Position numbers and translations under genes: made by a program
The notes under the pieces: generated by a model
What the model was told of the DNA's origin: nothing
Database searches by the model: none
Seen by the model: only the letters and a program-made list of their open reading frames with translations
Source of the DNA: Desulfosarcina sp.
GTDB lineage: Bacteria > Desulfobacterota > Desulfobacteria > Desulfobacterales > Desulfosarcinaceae
DNA: 63,572 nucleotides
Direction of reading: 5' to 3'
Assembly (NCBI GenBank): GCA_050124445.1
Contig: JASFFF010000001.1
Span: forward strand, 1 to 63,572
Shown: positions 32,243 through 41,776 of the stretch, one piece after another
Numbering within the stretch: position 1 is the stretch's first letter
Layout of the letters: each line of letters begins with the position of its first letter

Positions 32243-32998
32243 TCAGGCGGTGGCCAGCCGCTGCTTTGCCGCCGCAACCAACCGGGGCATGATGCTGCCG
32301 GCACCACCCATGAGGGGCAGGTTGCTGATGCGCGAGGTCAGCGGTGTCGGTTCGGGGTTGATCTCAATAATTGTGGCGCCACTGTCTTTGGCGATGAATG
32401 GCATGCTGGCTGCCGGCTGGACCGTGGCCGAGGTGCCGATGACGATCATGACCTCGCAGGTGATTGCTGCTTGCTGGGAGCGGGCCAGGGCCTCATGGGG
32501 AATCATCTCGCCGAAAAAGACGCAGTCGGGCCTCAGGATACCGCCGCATCCACAGCAAGGGGGCATCCGGGACAGGTCCACCTCGGATGTGCGGATTCGC
32601 TGGCTGCAATTGAGGCAGCGCTGCCAGGCGAAATTACCGTGGAATTCGATCACATCGCTGCTGCCCGCCATCTGATGCAGGCCATCGACATTTTGTGTGA
32701 TCACGGTTTGCAGCACGCCCAACCGCTCCAGATCCACCAAACCGGTGTGGCCGGGATTGGGCCGGGCTGTGTCCAGGACGTTTTTCATGTCTTTGATCAA
32801 CCGATTCCAGACGGTTTCCGGATCGTTCAGGAAGGCGTCGATATGGGCCACTTCCATAGGGTCGAATTTTTCCCACAGGCCGCCTTTGCCCCGAAAAGGC
32901 GGGATACCACTCTCCACGGAGATACCGGCACCGGTCAGTGCCACTACGCGTTTGGCGCTGGCAAGGACGTCGGCGGCACGATCAATGAGGTCGGGCAT
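32243..32998 (-). CDS. cobB: NAD-dependent protein deacylase (sirtuin)
   Basis: TGAGISVESGIP.FRG, TQNVDGLH, HG, CxxC..CxxC, FGE, GTS..V.PA. Confidence 0.92.
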   Translation of the reverse strand: MPDLIDRAADVLASAKRVVALTGAGISVESGIPPFRGKGGLWEKFDPMEVAHIDAFLNDPETVWNRLIKDMKNVLDTARPNPGHTGLVDLERLGVLQTVITQNVDGLHQMAGSSDVIEFHGNFAWQRCLNCSQRIRTSEVDLSRMPPCCGCGGILRPDCVFFGEMIPHEALARSQQAAITCEVMIVIGTSATVQPAASMPFIAKDSGATIIEINPEPTPLTSRISNLPLMGGAGSIMPRLVAAAKQRLATA

Positions 32999-33070
32999 AT
33001 TGATAGCTTGGTTTTACGGCTAACGGTGACATCGGATATTCATGGGACCATCAATCTTGACCGGTTGAAC

Positions 33071-33910
33071 CTACAGTTCAAACGACATGTCGCGGCCCAC
33101 GGCGAAACATTCCAGGGATTCACCCTTTTCAGAGATGATCTGCTGGCAATTCGCGACGATCTCATCCATCTGATCATCGGTGCGTTCCTGATTCAAATGA
33201 AACAACCCCAGTCGTTTGACGCCGGCTTGAAATGCCAAGGCAAGGGCGTCGGTGTAACTAGAGTGCCCCCATTCGGTAAGCTTGGAGTACTCGGCGTCGG
33301 TGTACTCACCATCGTGGATCAGCAGGTCCGCACCGGTGCAGAAGGCCACATAATCATCAAAGGGAAGTCCGCCGGGATGAACAAACCCCAGTTCATTGTC
33401 GGTGATGAAGATGAACGATTTCCCGTTCTCGATGAACTTGTAGCCTTTGCCGGTATTGGGGTGGCTGATGGGAATAGGGACCACGGTGGCAGATCCGATC
33501 TGAAACTCAGCCGGATGCCCTTCTTCCCATACAATTTTGGCTTTTAGGTCCGAGTAGCGGACCGGAAAATTGGGTGGCGCCATCACCTTGGAGAACATGC
33601 TTTGCATGAACTTTTTATGAAAGGGTGCCCGATGCATATGAATTTCGGTGCGGCTGAGAAACAGCGGTTTAAAGAAAGGGAATCCCATCAGGTGATCCCA
33701 ATGGCCATGGGTGAGAAGAAAGTTGTAGTGGTAACGGCCTTGGTCGATGAGATGGTTGCCCAAACGCCGGATGCCGGTGCCTGCATCGACGATGATGATA
33801 TCATCGCTGGCGGTGTGGATGTCCATGCAGGTCGTGTCGCCGCCGTACTTGATGTATTCTTTTCCGGAGACAGGTATAGATCCTCTGGAGCCCCAGCAGG
33901 TGATGACCAT
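33071..33910 (-). CDS. MBL-fold metallo-hydrolase (RNase Z / phosphodiesterase-like)
   Basis: WGSRGSIP, YGG.T.C, DAGTG, THGHWDH, TDNE, WGHS, LFH. Confidence 0.85.
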   Translation of the reverse strand: MVITCWGSRGSIPVSGKEYIKYGGDTTCMDIHTASDDIIIVDAGTGIRRLGNHLIDQGRYHYNFLLTHGHWDHLMGFPFFKPLFLSRTEIHMHRAPFHKKFMQSMFSKVMAPPNFPVRYSDLKAKIVWEEGHPAEFQIGSATVVPIPISHPNTGKGYKFIENGKSFIFITDNELGFVHPGGLPFDDYVAFCTGADLLIHDGEYTDAEYSKLTEWGHSSYTDALALAFQAGVKRLGLFHLNQERTDDQMDEIVANCQQIISEKGESLECFAVGRDMSFEL

Positions 33911-33936
33911 GGTCTGTCCTTTTTATCTCCGCATCG

Positions 33937-34770
33937 TCAATAGGTTGCACCATAGAAGGTGTGCCAGATACCGTCTTGATTCCACCGGTGGATGATGTCC
34001 ACTGGAAGATCGGCCAGCGTCGACTCGATATGTGCGGCTTCACGGCGCATCAATCCGGACAGAATGAAACGCTTTTTGCTTAGAAAACCCTTTGCGCGGA
34101 CCAGGTTTTTCATCACATCGTAATGAATGTTGGATACCACAAGGTCGCTCGTAAAGTCCATAAATATTTCAGCATCCCCTTGAACGACGAGGATCCTGTG
34201 CGCATGGTTATTGAGCTTTACATTGCGGTATGCCGTTCGGGCTGCCAGCAGGTTGAGATCCGTGGCCAGAACGGTTGGGCAGCCCAGCCGGGCTGCCGCC
34301 AGTGCCAGCAGGCCGGTGCCGGTGCCCAAATCCAGGGTCGTCTCTATGCGCTGGTCTTCAAATGCCATCTGTAGGGCGTTAAGGCAGTCACGCGTGGTGG
34401 GATGGGTGCCGGTGCCGAAAACAACCCCGGGATCGAGAATGATGGTGTTGCCGGTTCTGTGCGCCGCCACATCGATCCATGGGGGACAGATGGTGAAGCG
34501 ACCGATCCGGCAGGGGGTGATCTGACCGCCCTGCCACTGCTCGTAAGTCATGTGGTAATGATCTATCAGTTCCACATCGAGCAGGCCGCCGACCGTTTCT
34601 TCTACCAATGTCGTGCTCGGACGGGTGAAGAAAAGGAAGGAGAAGTCACCCTCTTCCCAACTGCCGATATAGTGATCCGGCTTGAATTGGCGGTCCGGCC
34701 GGAAGCGTCCGTTCAGGTAGTAGATGTACAGGTCCTGATAGGGATTGGCTGCATCGGGAGCGGGGATCAT
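33937..34770 (-). CDS. PrmA-like SAM-dependent methyltransferase
   Basis: LDPG..FGTG.HPTT, LDLGTGTG, NI and LSG motifs; N-terminus differs from canonical PrmA. Confidence 0.7.
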   Translation of the reverse strand: MIPAPDAANPYQDLYIYYLNGRFRPDRQFKPDHYIGSWEEGDFSFLFFTRPSTTLVEETVGGLLDVELIDHYHMTYEQWQGGQITPCRIGRFTICPPWIDVAAHRTGNTIILDPGVVFGTGTHPTTRDCLNALQMAFEDQRIETTLDLGTGTGLLALAAARLGCPTVLATDLNLLAARTAYRNVKLNNHAHRILVVQGDAEIFMDFTSDLVVSNIHYDVMKNLVRAKGFLSKKRFILSGLMRREAAHIESTLADLPVDIIHRWNQDGIWHTFYGATY

Positions 34771-34783
34771 CGTCGGGGATCGC

Positions 34784-35458
34784 CTATTTGTCCGGCAGTT
34801 GGTCCAGGTGCCACTCCATGGGGTCGATCAGTTTGTATCCTGCGCCGGTCAGTTTTTTCTTCACTTTGGCAACGTTGTTGGTGAGCAGGTAGGGAAAAAC
34901 AGCCCGCTTGCCTGTATCCCATGTCCGGGCGACCAGGACGCTGCCGAATGAGATGTTCTCTTCGGTAATCGCATCCACGATCTTTTTCAGCTGGCCGACC
35001 TTCTCCTCAACTTCGACGCCCACGAGGGTACCAGGCTGGCCGATGCCAAGCACGTTGGTGAATGCCCGCAGCAGATCCCGAACCGAAAGAATGCCTTTGA
35101 GCGCTCCCTTGTCGTCCACAACGGGAAAAGCGCCCACTTTTTCCTTCTGGATCATCAGCAGGGCATCCTGGATGGTGTACATGGGAGAAATGGTTTTGGG
35201 ATCGCGGGTCATGATTGCTTCGACTTTAAGTTGCGCGAGCTTCTCCCGTTCGACAGCACTCCCTTCTGACTTGATCAGGCTGTAGGGCATGGCACTGCGG
35301 ATATCCCGGTCGGTCACAATGCCGATCAGGTGGTTGTCGGCGTCCACGACGGGCAAGTGACGGATGCCGTTGGCCGCCATCTTTTCCTGAGCCTTAAAAA
35401 CAGATGCATCTTTGTCGATGGTGATGACTTCTGAAACCATGGATCGGCTGACAAACAT
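34784..35458 (-). CDS. AcuB-like CBS-pair plus ACT protein
   Basis: Two CBS domains (IRHLPVVD...GIVTDRD; FPVVD...GILSVRD) and a C-terminal ACT-like part; GGAGG RBS before ATG 35458. Confidence 0.85.
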   Translation of the reverse strand: MFVSRSMVSEVITIDKDASVFKAQEKMAANGIRHLPVVDADNHLIGIVTDRDIRSAMPYSLIKSEGSAVEREKLAQLKVEAIMTRDPKTISPMYTIQDALLMIQKEKVGAFPVVDDKGALKGILSVRDLLRAFTNVLGIGQPGTLVGVEVEEKVGQLKKIVDAITEENISFGSVLVARTWDTGKRAVFPYLLTNNVAKVKKKLTGAGYKLIDPMEWHLDQLPDK

Positions 35459-35673
35459 ATCGATATCCTCCAAATGATCAGTGATGAGTGTTGATCCAAA
35501 CGGGTATCTTGCGGTCCATGTCCGCGCTTGCGGGCGGTTGACATCTGCGATTGCGCCATGGCGTGATGTCCGCTGCGATCCCAATACTTCGCGGGCGTTG
35601 ATTTAAGAGAAATCCACCAAGGCCAAATAGACGTTGAGCCAGGGAATTGCATACATACCCGAAAAACCCGCTT

Positions 35674-36624
35674 TCATCCTTCGAGCAGGACCTTGACGTG
35701 GTTGGCGGCCAGCTCTCCCAGCCGTTCCAAACAATAGCCGCCTTCCAGCACGGATATCACCCTGCCGGCAGCATATTGGTTGCCCAGTTTCATGATCGTT
35801 TCCATGATCCAGGTATAGCCTTCGGTGGATAGATTCACGTCCGACATGTCGTCGTCGCTGTGACCGTCGAAACCGGTTGAGACGATGATGACTTCCGGTT
35901 TGAATCGCTCGAAGGCCGGTAGTAGGTCGCTTTGGATCAGCTTATGGTAAACGTCGTCCCCCTGACCGGGCAATATCGGCGAATTCAAGGTAAATCCCTG
36001 GCCGTCTCCGGCACCGGCTTCAAATTCGCGTCCGGTTCCCGGAAAGGCGAAGGACGGATGTTGGTGAATGGAGTAGTAAAATACCGTGGCGTCTTTTTCG
36101 AATATGTGCTGCGTACCATTGCCATGATGCACATCGAAGTCGATGATGGCCACCCGCTCGATGCCGTGGGCCATCTGCAGGTAACGGGCGGCGATGGCGA
36201 CATTGTTAAAGTAGCAAAAGCCCATGGCCTGGTCCACTTCGGCGTGGTGGCCGGGTGGGCGGACCGCACAAAAGGCGTTGTCCAATTCTCCCTCGATGAC
36301 CCGCCGTGCGACTTCCAGAATCCCTCCCACGGCTAAGTAGGCCGTTTCGTATGTATCGACGCACATTTGATTGTCGGGATAATCGAAGGTGCGGTTGCCG
36401 GACAGGCACACTTCCTCGAAACGACGGATATAGTGGGGATCATGAACGGTTTCGACCCACTTGCGGTCGGCGCGGACCGCGGGAAGGAGGGTTACCTGAT
36501 CCAGCAGGCCGGCCGCTTTGATACCGTTGTAGATAGCGGTAAGGCGTTCGGCCATCTCTGGATGATAGGGTCCTGTGTCGTGCAGCAGATACCTGTTGTC
36601 ATGCAAATAGCCGGTTCGTTTCAT
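35674..36624 (-). CDS. Zn-dependent histone deacetylase family protein (AcuC-like)
   Basis: HPE...R, RPPGHHA, GFC.FNN, DFDVHHGNGT, GFD.H..D, LEGGY. Confidence 0.92.
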   Translation of the reverse strand: MKRTGYLHDNRYLLHDTGPYHPEMAERLTAIYNGIKAAGLLDQVTLLPAVRADRKWVETVHDPHYIRRFEEVCLSGNRTFDYPDNQMCVDTYETAYLAVGGILEVARRVIEGELDNAFCAVRPPGHHAEVDQAMGFCYFNNVAIAARYLQMAHGIERVAIIDFDVHHGNGTQHIFEKDATVFYYSIHQHPSFAFPGTGREFEAGAGDGQGFTLNSPILPGQGDDVYHKLIQSDLLPAFERFKPEVIIVSTGFDGHSDDDMSDVNLSTEGYTWIMETIMKLGNQYAAGRVISVLEGGYCLERLGELAANHVKVLLEG

Positions 36625-36727
36625 AGACGTCCTTTTTCGTCCAGACTGGTTTAAAAAGGGCTGTAAGCGGTTACCGTTGTCCCAACGACGGTTTGCGGTT
36701 GCCGGTCTCCCAGCTTCCCATCCGTTG

Positions 36728-37477
36728 TTAGGGGATGATCCGATCGAAGATGGCAAAGGCTGCCTTCAGGGCCGGATTGCTCTCATCGATTTCGATGGTC
36801 GGCATGCCTTCCATATCGAATTCATACACCTGTTCATCATCCGGGATGGTGCCTGCCAATTCCAGGCCGTCCTTGTCGATCATCGCTTTGACTGCGTCGG
36901 ACGGATCGCGTTTGGCCTGGTTGATGATGATGTAGCATTTACCGGCGACGATATTGAGGTCCTTGGCCAGCTGGTTGATGCGGAGTCCTGCCTGTAGCCC
37001 CCGACGCGAGGTGTCGGTCACAATAAGCAGTACATCCACGTTCTTGGTGGTCAGCCGACTGAGGTGCTCCATGCCGGCTTCGTTGTCCATGATCACGTAG
37101 GGGTAGTTGCCGGAGAGCTTCTCCAGGAAGCCGGCCAGCAGTGTATTGGCGGCACAATAGCAGCCGGCGCCTTCTGGCTGACCCATGACCACCAGGTCAA
37201 ATCCCTGCTGCTCCATAATGGCCTGCTCAAGCTTCATGGACATAAAAACGTCTTTGGTCATGCCACTGGGAACAACCCCTTTTTTCATCTCCTCTCGGGC
37301 GTTGCCCAACGTTTCGGTGACCGCCAATCCCAGGACCTCGTTCAGGTTGGCGTTGGCATCGGCATCGACGGCCAGCACCGGGGACTTACCCTGATTGACC
37401 AGGTATTTGATCAGCATGCCGGAGACGGTGGTTTTTCCGGTTCCCCCTTTTCCGGCCATGGCAATGGATACGGGCAT
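36728..37477 (-). CDS. cooC: CO dehydrogenase/ACS nickel-insertion ATPase (CooC/AcsF family)
   Basis: GKGGTGKTT, DAD.N.NL, GCYC nickel motif, DNEAGMEHLSR. Confidence 0.9.
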   Translation of the reverse strand: MPVSIAMAGKGGTGKTTVSGMLIKYLVNQGKSPVLAVDADANANLNEVLGLAVTETLGNAREEMKKGVVPSGMTKDVFMSMKLEQAIMEQQGFDLVVMGQPEGAGCYCAANTLLAGFLEKLSGNYPYVIMDNEAGMEHLSRLTTKNVDVLLIVTDTSRRGLQAGLRINQLAKDLNIVAGKCYIIINQAKRDPSDAVKAMIDKDGLELAGTIPDDEQVYEFDMEGMPTIEIDESNPALKAAFAIFDRIIP

Positions 37478-37799
37478 GATTCGGTACTCCTTTGGTGCGC
37501 TATCGTTAGTATGGAGGCGGACGCTTGCCGCCGAATATTCCTCAAATCATTAAGCCTTTTGGCAAAAACAGTCAAGCAGATTGTCCTTTAAGGACCGTCC
37601 GATACCAATGGCCCGGCAGATGCTGGGTCGGGCATGCCGTCTGATGCCGGTGGCTGCTTTCGCTTTGAGGGGGTGATGGCCTGGATTTGGTGTAAAGCAA
37701 ACACCTTGCTAAGCCAAAGGCCTTATGGTAAATTACCGGCGTAACGATCCCCGACACGCAATTTGATCCCATTGCCATCATTTGATTAAGGAGATACCG

Positions 37800-38117
37800 A
37801 TGTTTGATCTGGTCAGAAAGAGTATGCTTGCCGGCGTGGGCCTGGCACTCAAAGCCTGGGATGAGGTGGAAGAGCTGGCCAAGGAGGTGGCCGAGCAGAG
37901 CAAGATGACGGAGAAAGAGGGCCGCAAGTTTATCGACGAGATTCAGATCCGCTATGAAGACGCCCAGAAAAAGCTGGAAGAGCGTGTTGAAAAAAGTGTC
38001 AAGGAACTGCTCAAAAAAGCCGACGTGGTAACCCAGGACGAACTCAAGGGCCTCAAAAAAGAGATCCGAGACCTGAAGCGGCTGATCAGTTCCCAGGGCG
38101 GCGAGGGATCCGAATGA
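37800..38117 (+). CDS. Phasin-like (PhaF/PhaI family) coiled-coil protein
   Basis: K..LAG.GLA....E...L........M.E.EG..F pattern, C-terminal T..EL..L...I..L; AAGGAG RBS. Confidence 0.75.
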   Translation: MFDLVRKSMLAGVGLALKAWDEVEELAKEVAEQSKMTEKEGRKFIDEIQIRYEDAQKKLEERVEKSVKELLKKADVVTQDELKGLKKEIRDLKRLISSQGGEGSE

Positions 38118-38127
38118 CGCGGCAGGC

Positions 38128-39825
38128 ATGATTAGCATTCGCAAAATCGGTGTGGTCGGCCGCACCTATCGCCATCTGAACCGATATCGACAGATCCTTG
38201 CGGTGCTGTTTAAATATGGTTTCGATGATATTGTCGAACTGTTAAAAATCGATCAATATATCGAGATCGGTCTGCAGGTAATCTCACGCAAGCGCGGCGA
38301 CCGGGTGGAACGGCTTTCCAGGGCGAGGCGGGTGCGTCTGGCCATTGAAGAGTTGGGCCCCACCTACATCAAGATGGGTCAGATCTTATCTACCCGACCC
38401 GACCTTGTGCCCGTGGATTTCATCCGCGAATTGGCGCGGCTACAGGATAAGGTCCCCGCCTTTCCCTTTTCCGAGGTCACCCGCATCATCCGCGAAGAAA
38501 CCGGCCGGCCGGCCGATGCCCGCTTCGAGCACCTGGATCCCGAGCCGTTGGCCTCGGCTTCCATCGGCCAGGTTCACCGGGCCCGGCTCAAGGACGGGGA
38601 GGCGGTGGCCGTAAAAGTCCAGCGGCCCGGAATCCGCAAAGTCGTTGAGGTGGACCTGGAAATTATGCTCCACCTGGCTACCCTGGCTGAACGGCACATC
38701 GAAGAGCTGGCCCATCACCGGCCGGTGAAGATCGTGGAGGAATTTGCTCGCTCCATCGAAAAGGAGATGGACTATACCTTGGAAGCCACCAGCATGGAAC
38801 GCGTGGCCCGGTCTTTTCTGCTGGACGAGACGGTTTATATCCCCAAGGTTTACCGAGAGGCCACGACCGAACGTGTGCTGACCACCGAATTCGTGGACGG
38901 CATCAAGGTCTCCCTGCTGGATCGATTGGACGAAAACGGTTACGACCGCCAACTGATCACCCGACGCGGCGCCGATATACTGCTGACCCAAATTTTCGAA
39001 CACGGCTTCTTCCATGCCGATCCCCATCCCGGCAATCTTTTCGTCCTGCCCAACAACATGATCTGCCTGCTGGATTTCGGTATGATGGGCACCGTAGACC
39101 GCAATACCCGCGAGGCATTTGTGGAACTGGTGGATGCCGTGGTGCGCCGTGATGAACCGCGCACCACCCAGGTGATGCTCAAGCTGACCCTCTGGGAAGA
39201 AGAGCCCGACCTGCGCCGACTGGGTAAAGATGTTGCCGATTTTATGGGTGAACATCTCTATAAGCCGCTCAGAGATATTCAGATCGGCAAACTGCTGCAT
39301 CACCTGCTGGAACTGGCCTCTCTACACGGGCTGCGCATCCCGCCCGAGCTTTTTTTAATGATGAAGTCGCTCAGCGCCGTCGAAGGGGTCGGTCTGATGC
39401 TGGATCCCGATTTTGACATGATCGCCCACGCCGAGCCCTTTATCCGCCAGGTCAAGCTCTCGCGGTTCTCCCCCGAACGCCTGGGGAGCGACGCGGTTAG
39501 TATTTTCGCCCAGTACATGGACTTCGTTCAGGAGTTTCCCAAGGACCTGCTGGAGATCACCCGTACCATCCGCCAAAAGAAGTTCACCTTCATGCTGGAT
39601 CTGAAAAACATGGAGAGCATGCTCGCCACCCACGATCAGATCAGCAACCGCATCTCTTTTTCGATCATCATCGCCGCCCTGATCATCGGCTCGGCCCTGA
39701 TCGTCATTTCCAAAACCCCGCCGCTATTCTATGGCATCTCTCTGATCGGCATCATCGGTTTCCTGGCCGCCGCCCTCATGGGGGTCTGGCTACTGGTGGC
39801 GATTATCAAGAAAGGCCGGCTGTAA
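38128..39825 (+). CDS. ABC1/AarF/UbiB family atypical kinase
   Basis: LGPTYIKMGQ, ASASIGQVH, VAVKVQRP, HADPHPGN, LDFG; two C-terminal TMs. Confidence 0.92.
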   Translation: MISIRKIGVVGRTYRHLNRYRQILAVLFKYGFDDIVELLKIDQYIEIGLQVISRKRGDRVERLSRARRVRLAIEELGPTYIKMGQILSTRPDLVPVDFIRELARLQDKVPAFPFSEVTRIIREETGRPADARFEHLDPEPLASASIGQVHRARLKDGEAVAVKVQRPGIRKVVEVDLEIMLHLATLAERHIEELAHHRPVKIVEEFARSIEKEMDYTLEATSMERVARSFLLDETVYIPKVYREATTERVLTTEFVDGIKVSLLDRLDENGYDRQLITRRGADILLTQIFEHGFFHADPHPGNLFVLPNNMICLLDFGMMGTVDRNTREAFVELVDAVVRRDEPRTTQVMLKLTLWEEEPDLRRLGKDVADFMGEHLYKPLRDIQIGKLLHHLLELASLHGLRIPPELFLMMKSLSAVEGVGLMLDPDFDMIAHAEPFIRQVKLSRFSPERLGSDAVSIFAQYMDFVQEFPKDLLEITRTIRQKKFTFMLDLKNMESMLATHDQISNRISFSIIIAALIIGSALIVISKTPPLFYGISLIGIIGFLAAALMGVWLLVAIIKKGRL

Positions 39826-39930
39826 CCCACGGCAAACGGTTGGATCATCGACCACTTTGTTTTGTGCTTCTCATGGTTGCGGCTATGGTCGATTCTGCGA
39901 TCGGAGGGGGTTTGATAAAAAAAATTCCGC

Positions 39931-39985
39931 TTGACAACCATAACGCACTGCATCATATTGTCGTTTATAACGCACTGCGTTATAA
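39931..39985 (+). promoter_or_regulatory. Sigma70 promoter overlapped by two candidate PhaR-type operators
   Basis: TTGACA-17nt-CATATT; ATAACGCACTGC occurs twice; second copy lies in the perfect palindrome TTATAACGCA-C-TGCGTTATAA (39965-39985). Confidence 0.65.
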
Positions 39986-40058
39986 CGGGCAGGGGCCCGA
40001 CAGGCTGATAAAAAAAACAGCCCACCATCTAACGGACAGAAAAACAAGGAGATTGATC

Positions 40059-40724
40059 ATGGCACAGGCAAAGACCCGAAAAGGCAGCCAGAAAAAAAGA
40101 ACGGCCAAGAACCGCTTTTATGTGGTCAACACCGTCCAGCGCACCGGCCGCCGGCTGAGCGACAAACTGGAAGATGTCAGCGACACCTATATTTCCGGAC
40201 CGATCAGAAACGGCAGGGCGAGGGTAACCGATTTGAGACAGGCGCCGCGCAAAACACTGTTTGGGTGGTTGGATGAGGGCAAGGAGATGATCACGGATCT
40301 GAACCAGGAGACCCGGTCGACGATGGACAAGATGGTCAAAGACGGCAAGGCGTTTTTGACCAACGTCGGCAAATCCCCGCGCAAGACCCTCGATGGCGTG
40401 CTGGATGACGGCAGGGCTTGGGTCGACGATCTGCGGGAAGACGCCTGCAGCCGCATGGCGGAATTAAAGACGGACACGCGTTCCATGCTTGCAGGAATCG
40501 GCAAGGATGCTCAGCTGGTGGTGGATGAGGTCGTTAGCGGTGGCCGGAAGGCGTTGGACAAGGTCCCCGGCAAGCGGACAGTCGAAAAGGCGGTACGCAT
40601 TCGGATCCGTAAGCTTCCTGCCCAGTTGAACATGCCCAGCAAGAAAGATATCGATGGTCTGTCGCGTCGGGTCAGCGCACTCAACAAAAAGGTCGATGCG
40701 CTCCATCGGACCGTGGCTGCCTGA
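40059..40724 (+). CDS. Amphipathic-helix granule-associated (phasin/apolipoprotein-like) protein
   Basis: AGGAG RBS and ATG 40059; repeated PRKTL.G.LD.G units; C-terminal LNMPSKKDIDGLSRRVSALNKKV phasin-type tail. Confidence 0.65.
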   Translation: MAQAKTRKGSQKKRTAKNRFYVVNTVQRTGRRLSDKLEDVSDTYISGPIRNGRARVTDLRQAPRKTLFGWLDEGKEMITDLNQETRSTMDKMVKDGKAFLTNVGKSPRKTLDGVLDDGRAWVDDLREDACSRMAELKTDTRSMLAGIGKDAQLVVDEVVSGGRKALDKVPGKRTVEKAVRIRIRKLPAQLNMPSKKDIDGLSRRVSALNKKVDALHRTVAA

Positions 40725-40776
40725 AACGGGTCTTGAATGAAATTCGAATCTTTGCAAACACAATGAGGAGCAGATT

Positions 40777-41205
40777 ATGCGCATAATCAAAACCTACGCC
40801 AACGGCCGATTCTACGACACCCTCAACAAAAGGTACATGGGCAAGGAGCAACTGGCGTCCTTGCTTGAGAAAAAAGAAGCCATTAAAATCATCATGCACA
40901 AAACCGACAGCGATGTGACCCAATCGGTGGCCAAGCAGCTGGCCCCGTTGATGCGCACCGAATCCGGGGCGCGGTTCAACATCGACAACCTGAGGCAATG
41001 GGTGTCTGATCAGGTCGATCGGCGAATTGAAAAGGCCGTCGCATTGGTTAATCTTCCTACGCGAGACCAGATACGCCGTCTGACCATTGATATCGAAACA
41101 CTCACCAAGCAGGTGGATGGACTGCAAGATCGCCTGGTTAAAGTGAAAACGCCTGTGGAAACACCCCCGGCCGATGCGGCAATGGCAGTCGGCCCACAGA
41201 CCTAA
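40777..41205 (+). CDS. PhaR-like regulator (PHB-accumulation N-terminal DNA-binding domain plus phasin-type tail)
   Basis: MRIIKTYANGRFYDT..K.Y matches the PhaR IKKY.NRRLYDT motif; DVT; LPTRDQI..L...I..L tail. Confidence 0.75.
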   Translation: MRIIKTYANGRFYDTLNKRYMGKEQLASLLEKKEAIKIIMHKTDSDVTQSVAKQLAPLMRTESGARFNIDNLRQWVSDQVDRRIEKAVALVNLPTRDQIRRLTIDIETLTKQVDGLQDRLVKVKTPVETPPADAAMAVGPQT

Positions 41206-41514
41206 CGACCTTCTAAAGGCCATTGCTTTTTTCGTCCTGTCCGATATGGTGAACGCCATTCACCAGCAGCGATGGTGAAAGCGAAGCGGCGGCGCTGCGC
41301 TGGCTTCCAGGACCGTGGCGCCGCAACTCGCCCGGGATGACCGCAGCGGCGAGGGTTAGACCGCGCGACCATACGGCGTTGCATTTACGACCATGCACAT
41401 CGGGCCGGCCTCCGTCGGCAGGCCCGGTTCCCGCCTTGGTATACCTACTGCTGCCGGGCGAGGCGCAGATGGACAAACGGATTCTATAACCTTGCGGCAT
41501 TACCTTTCCCACCG

Positions 41515-41739
41515 GTGCATATGGATGTTTTGACAGACAACCGTCCAGCCAGGTATCATGTCAACCAGCAATGTATCGGTTGCTGCATCTGTTCCGCGAT
41601 AGCTCCCCGAAATTTTCGGACCGACCATGAGCGCGGGTTGGATTATGTTTGCAAGCAGCCGGACAGTCCGGAAGAGGAACAATTGTGTGCCGAGGCCATG
41701 GATATCTGTCCGGTCAACGCCATCGACCGGCATGCGTAA
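41515..41739 (+). CDS. Single-cluster ferredoxin
   Basis: CIGCCIC...AP.NF......V.KQP...EE...C..A...CPVNAI. Confidence 0.8.
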   Translation: MHMDVLTDNRPARYHVNQQCIGCCICSAIAPRNFRTDHERGLDYVCKQPDSPEEEQLCAEAMDICPVNAIDRHA

Positions 41740-41776
41740 AGACGCGTGGGCTCGATAAAGCGCATCGAAGCCCGAT

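Noticed and set aside
31952-33547. 531-aa plus-strand ORF
   Set aside because: Lies antisense across three well-supported genes (RACo-like, cobB, MBL); no recognisable motifs
38128-39825. ubiB for ubiquinone synthesis
   Set aside because: No ubiE/ubiJ context; it is flanked by phasin-like genes, so only the family call is kept
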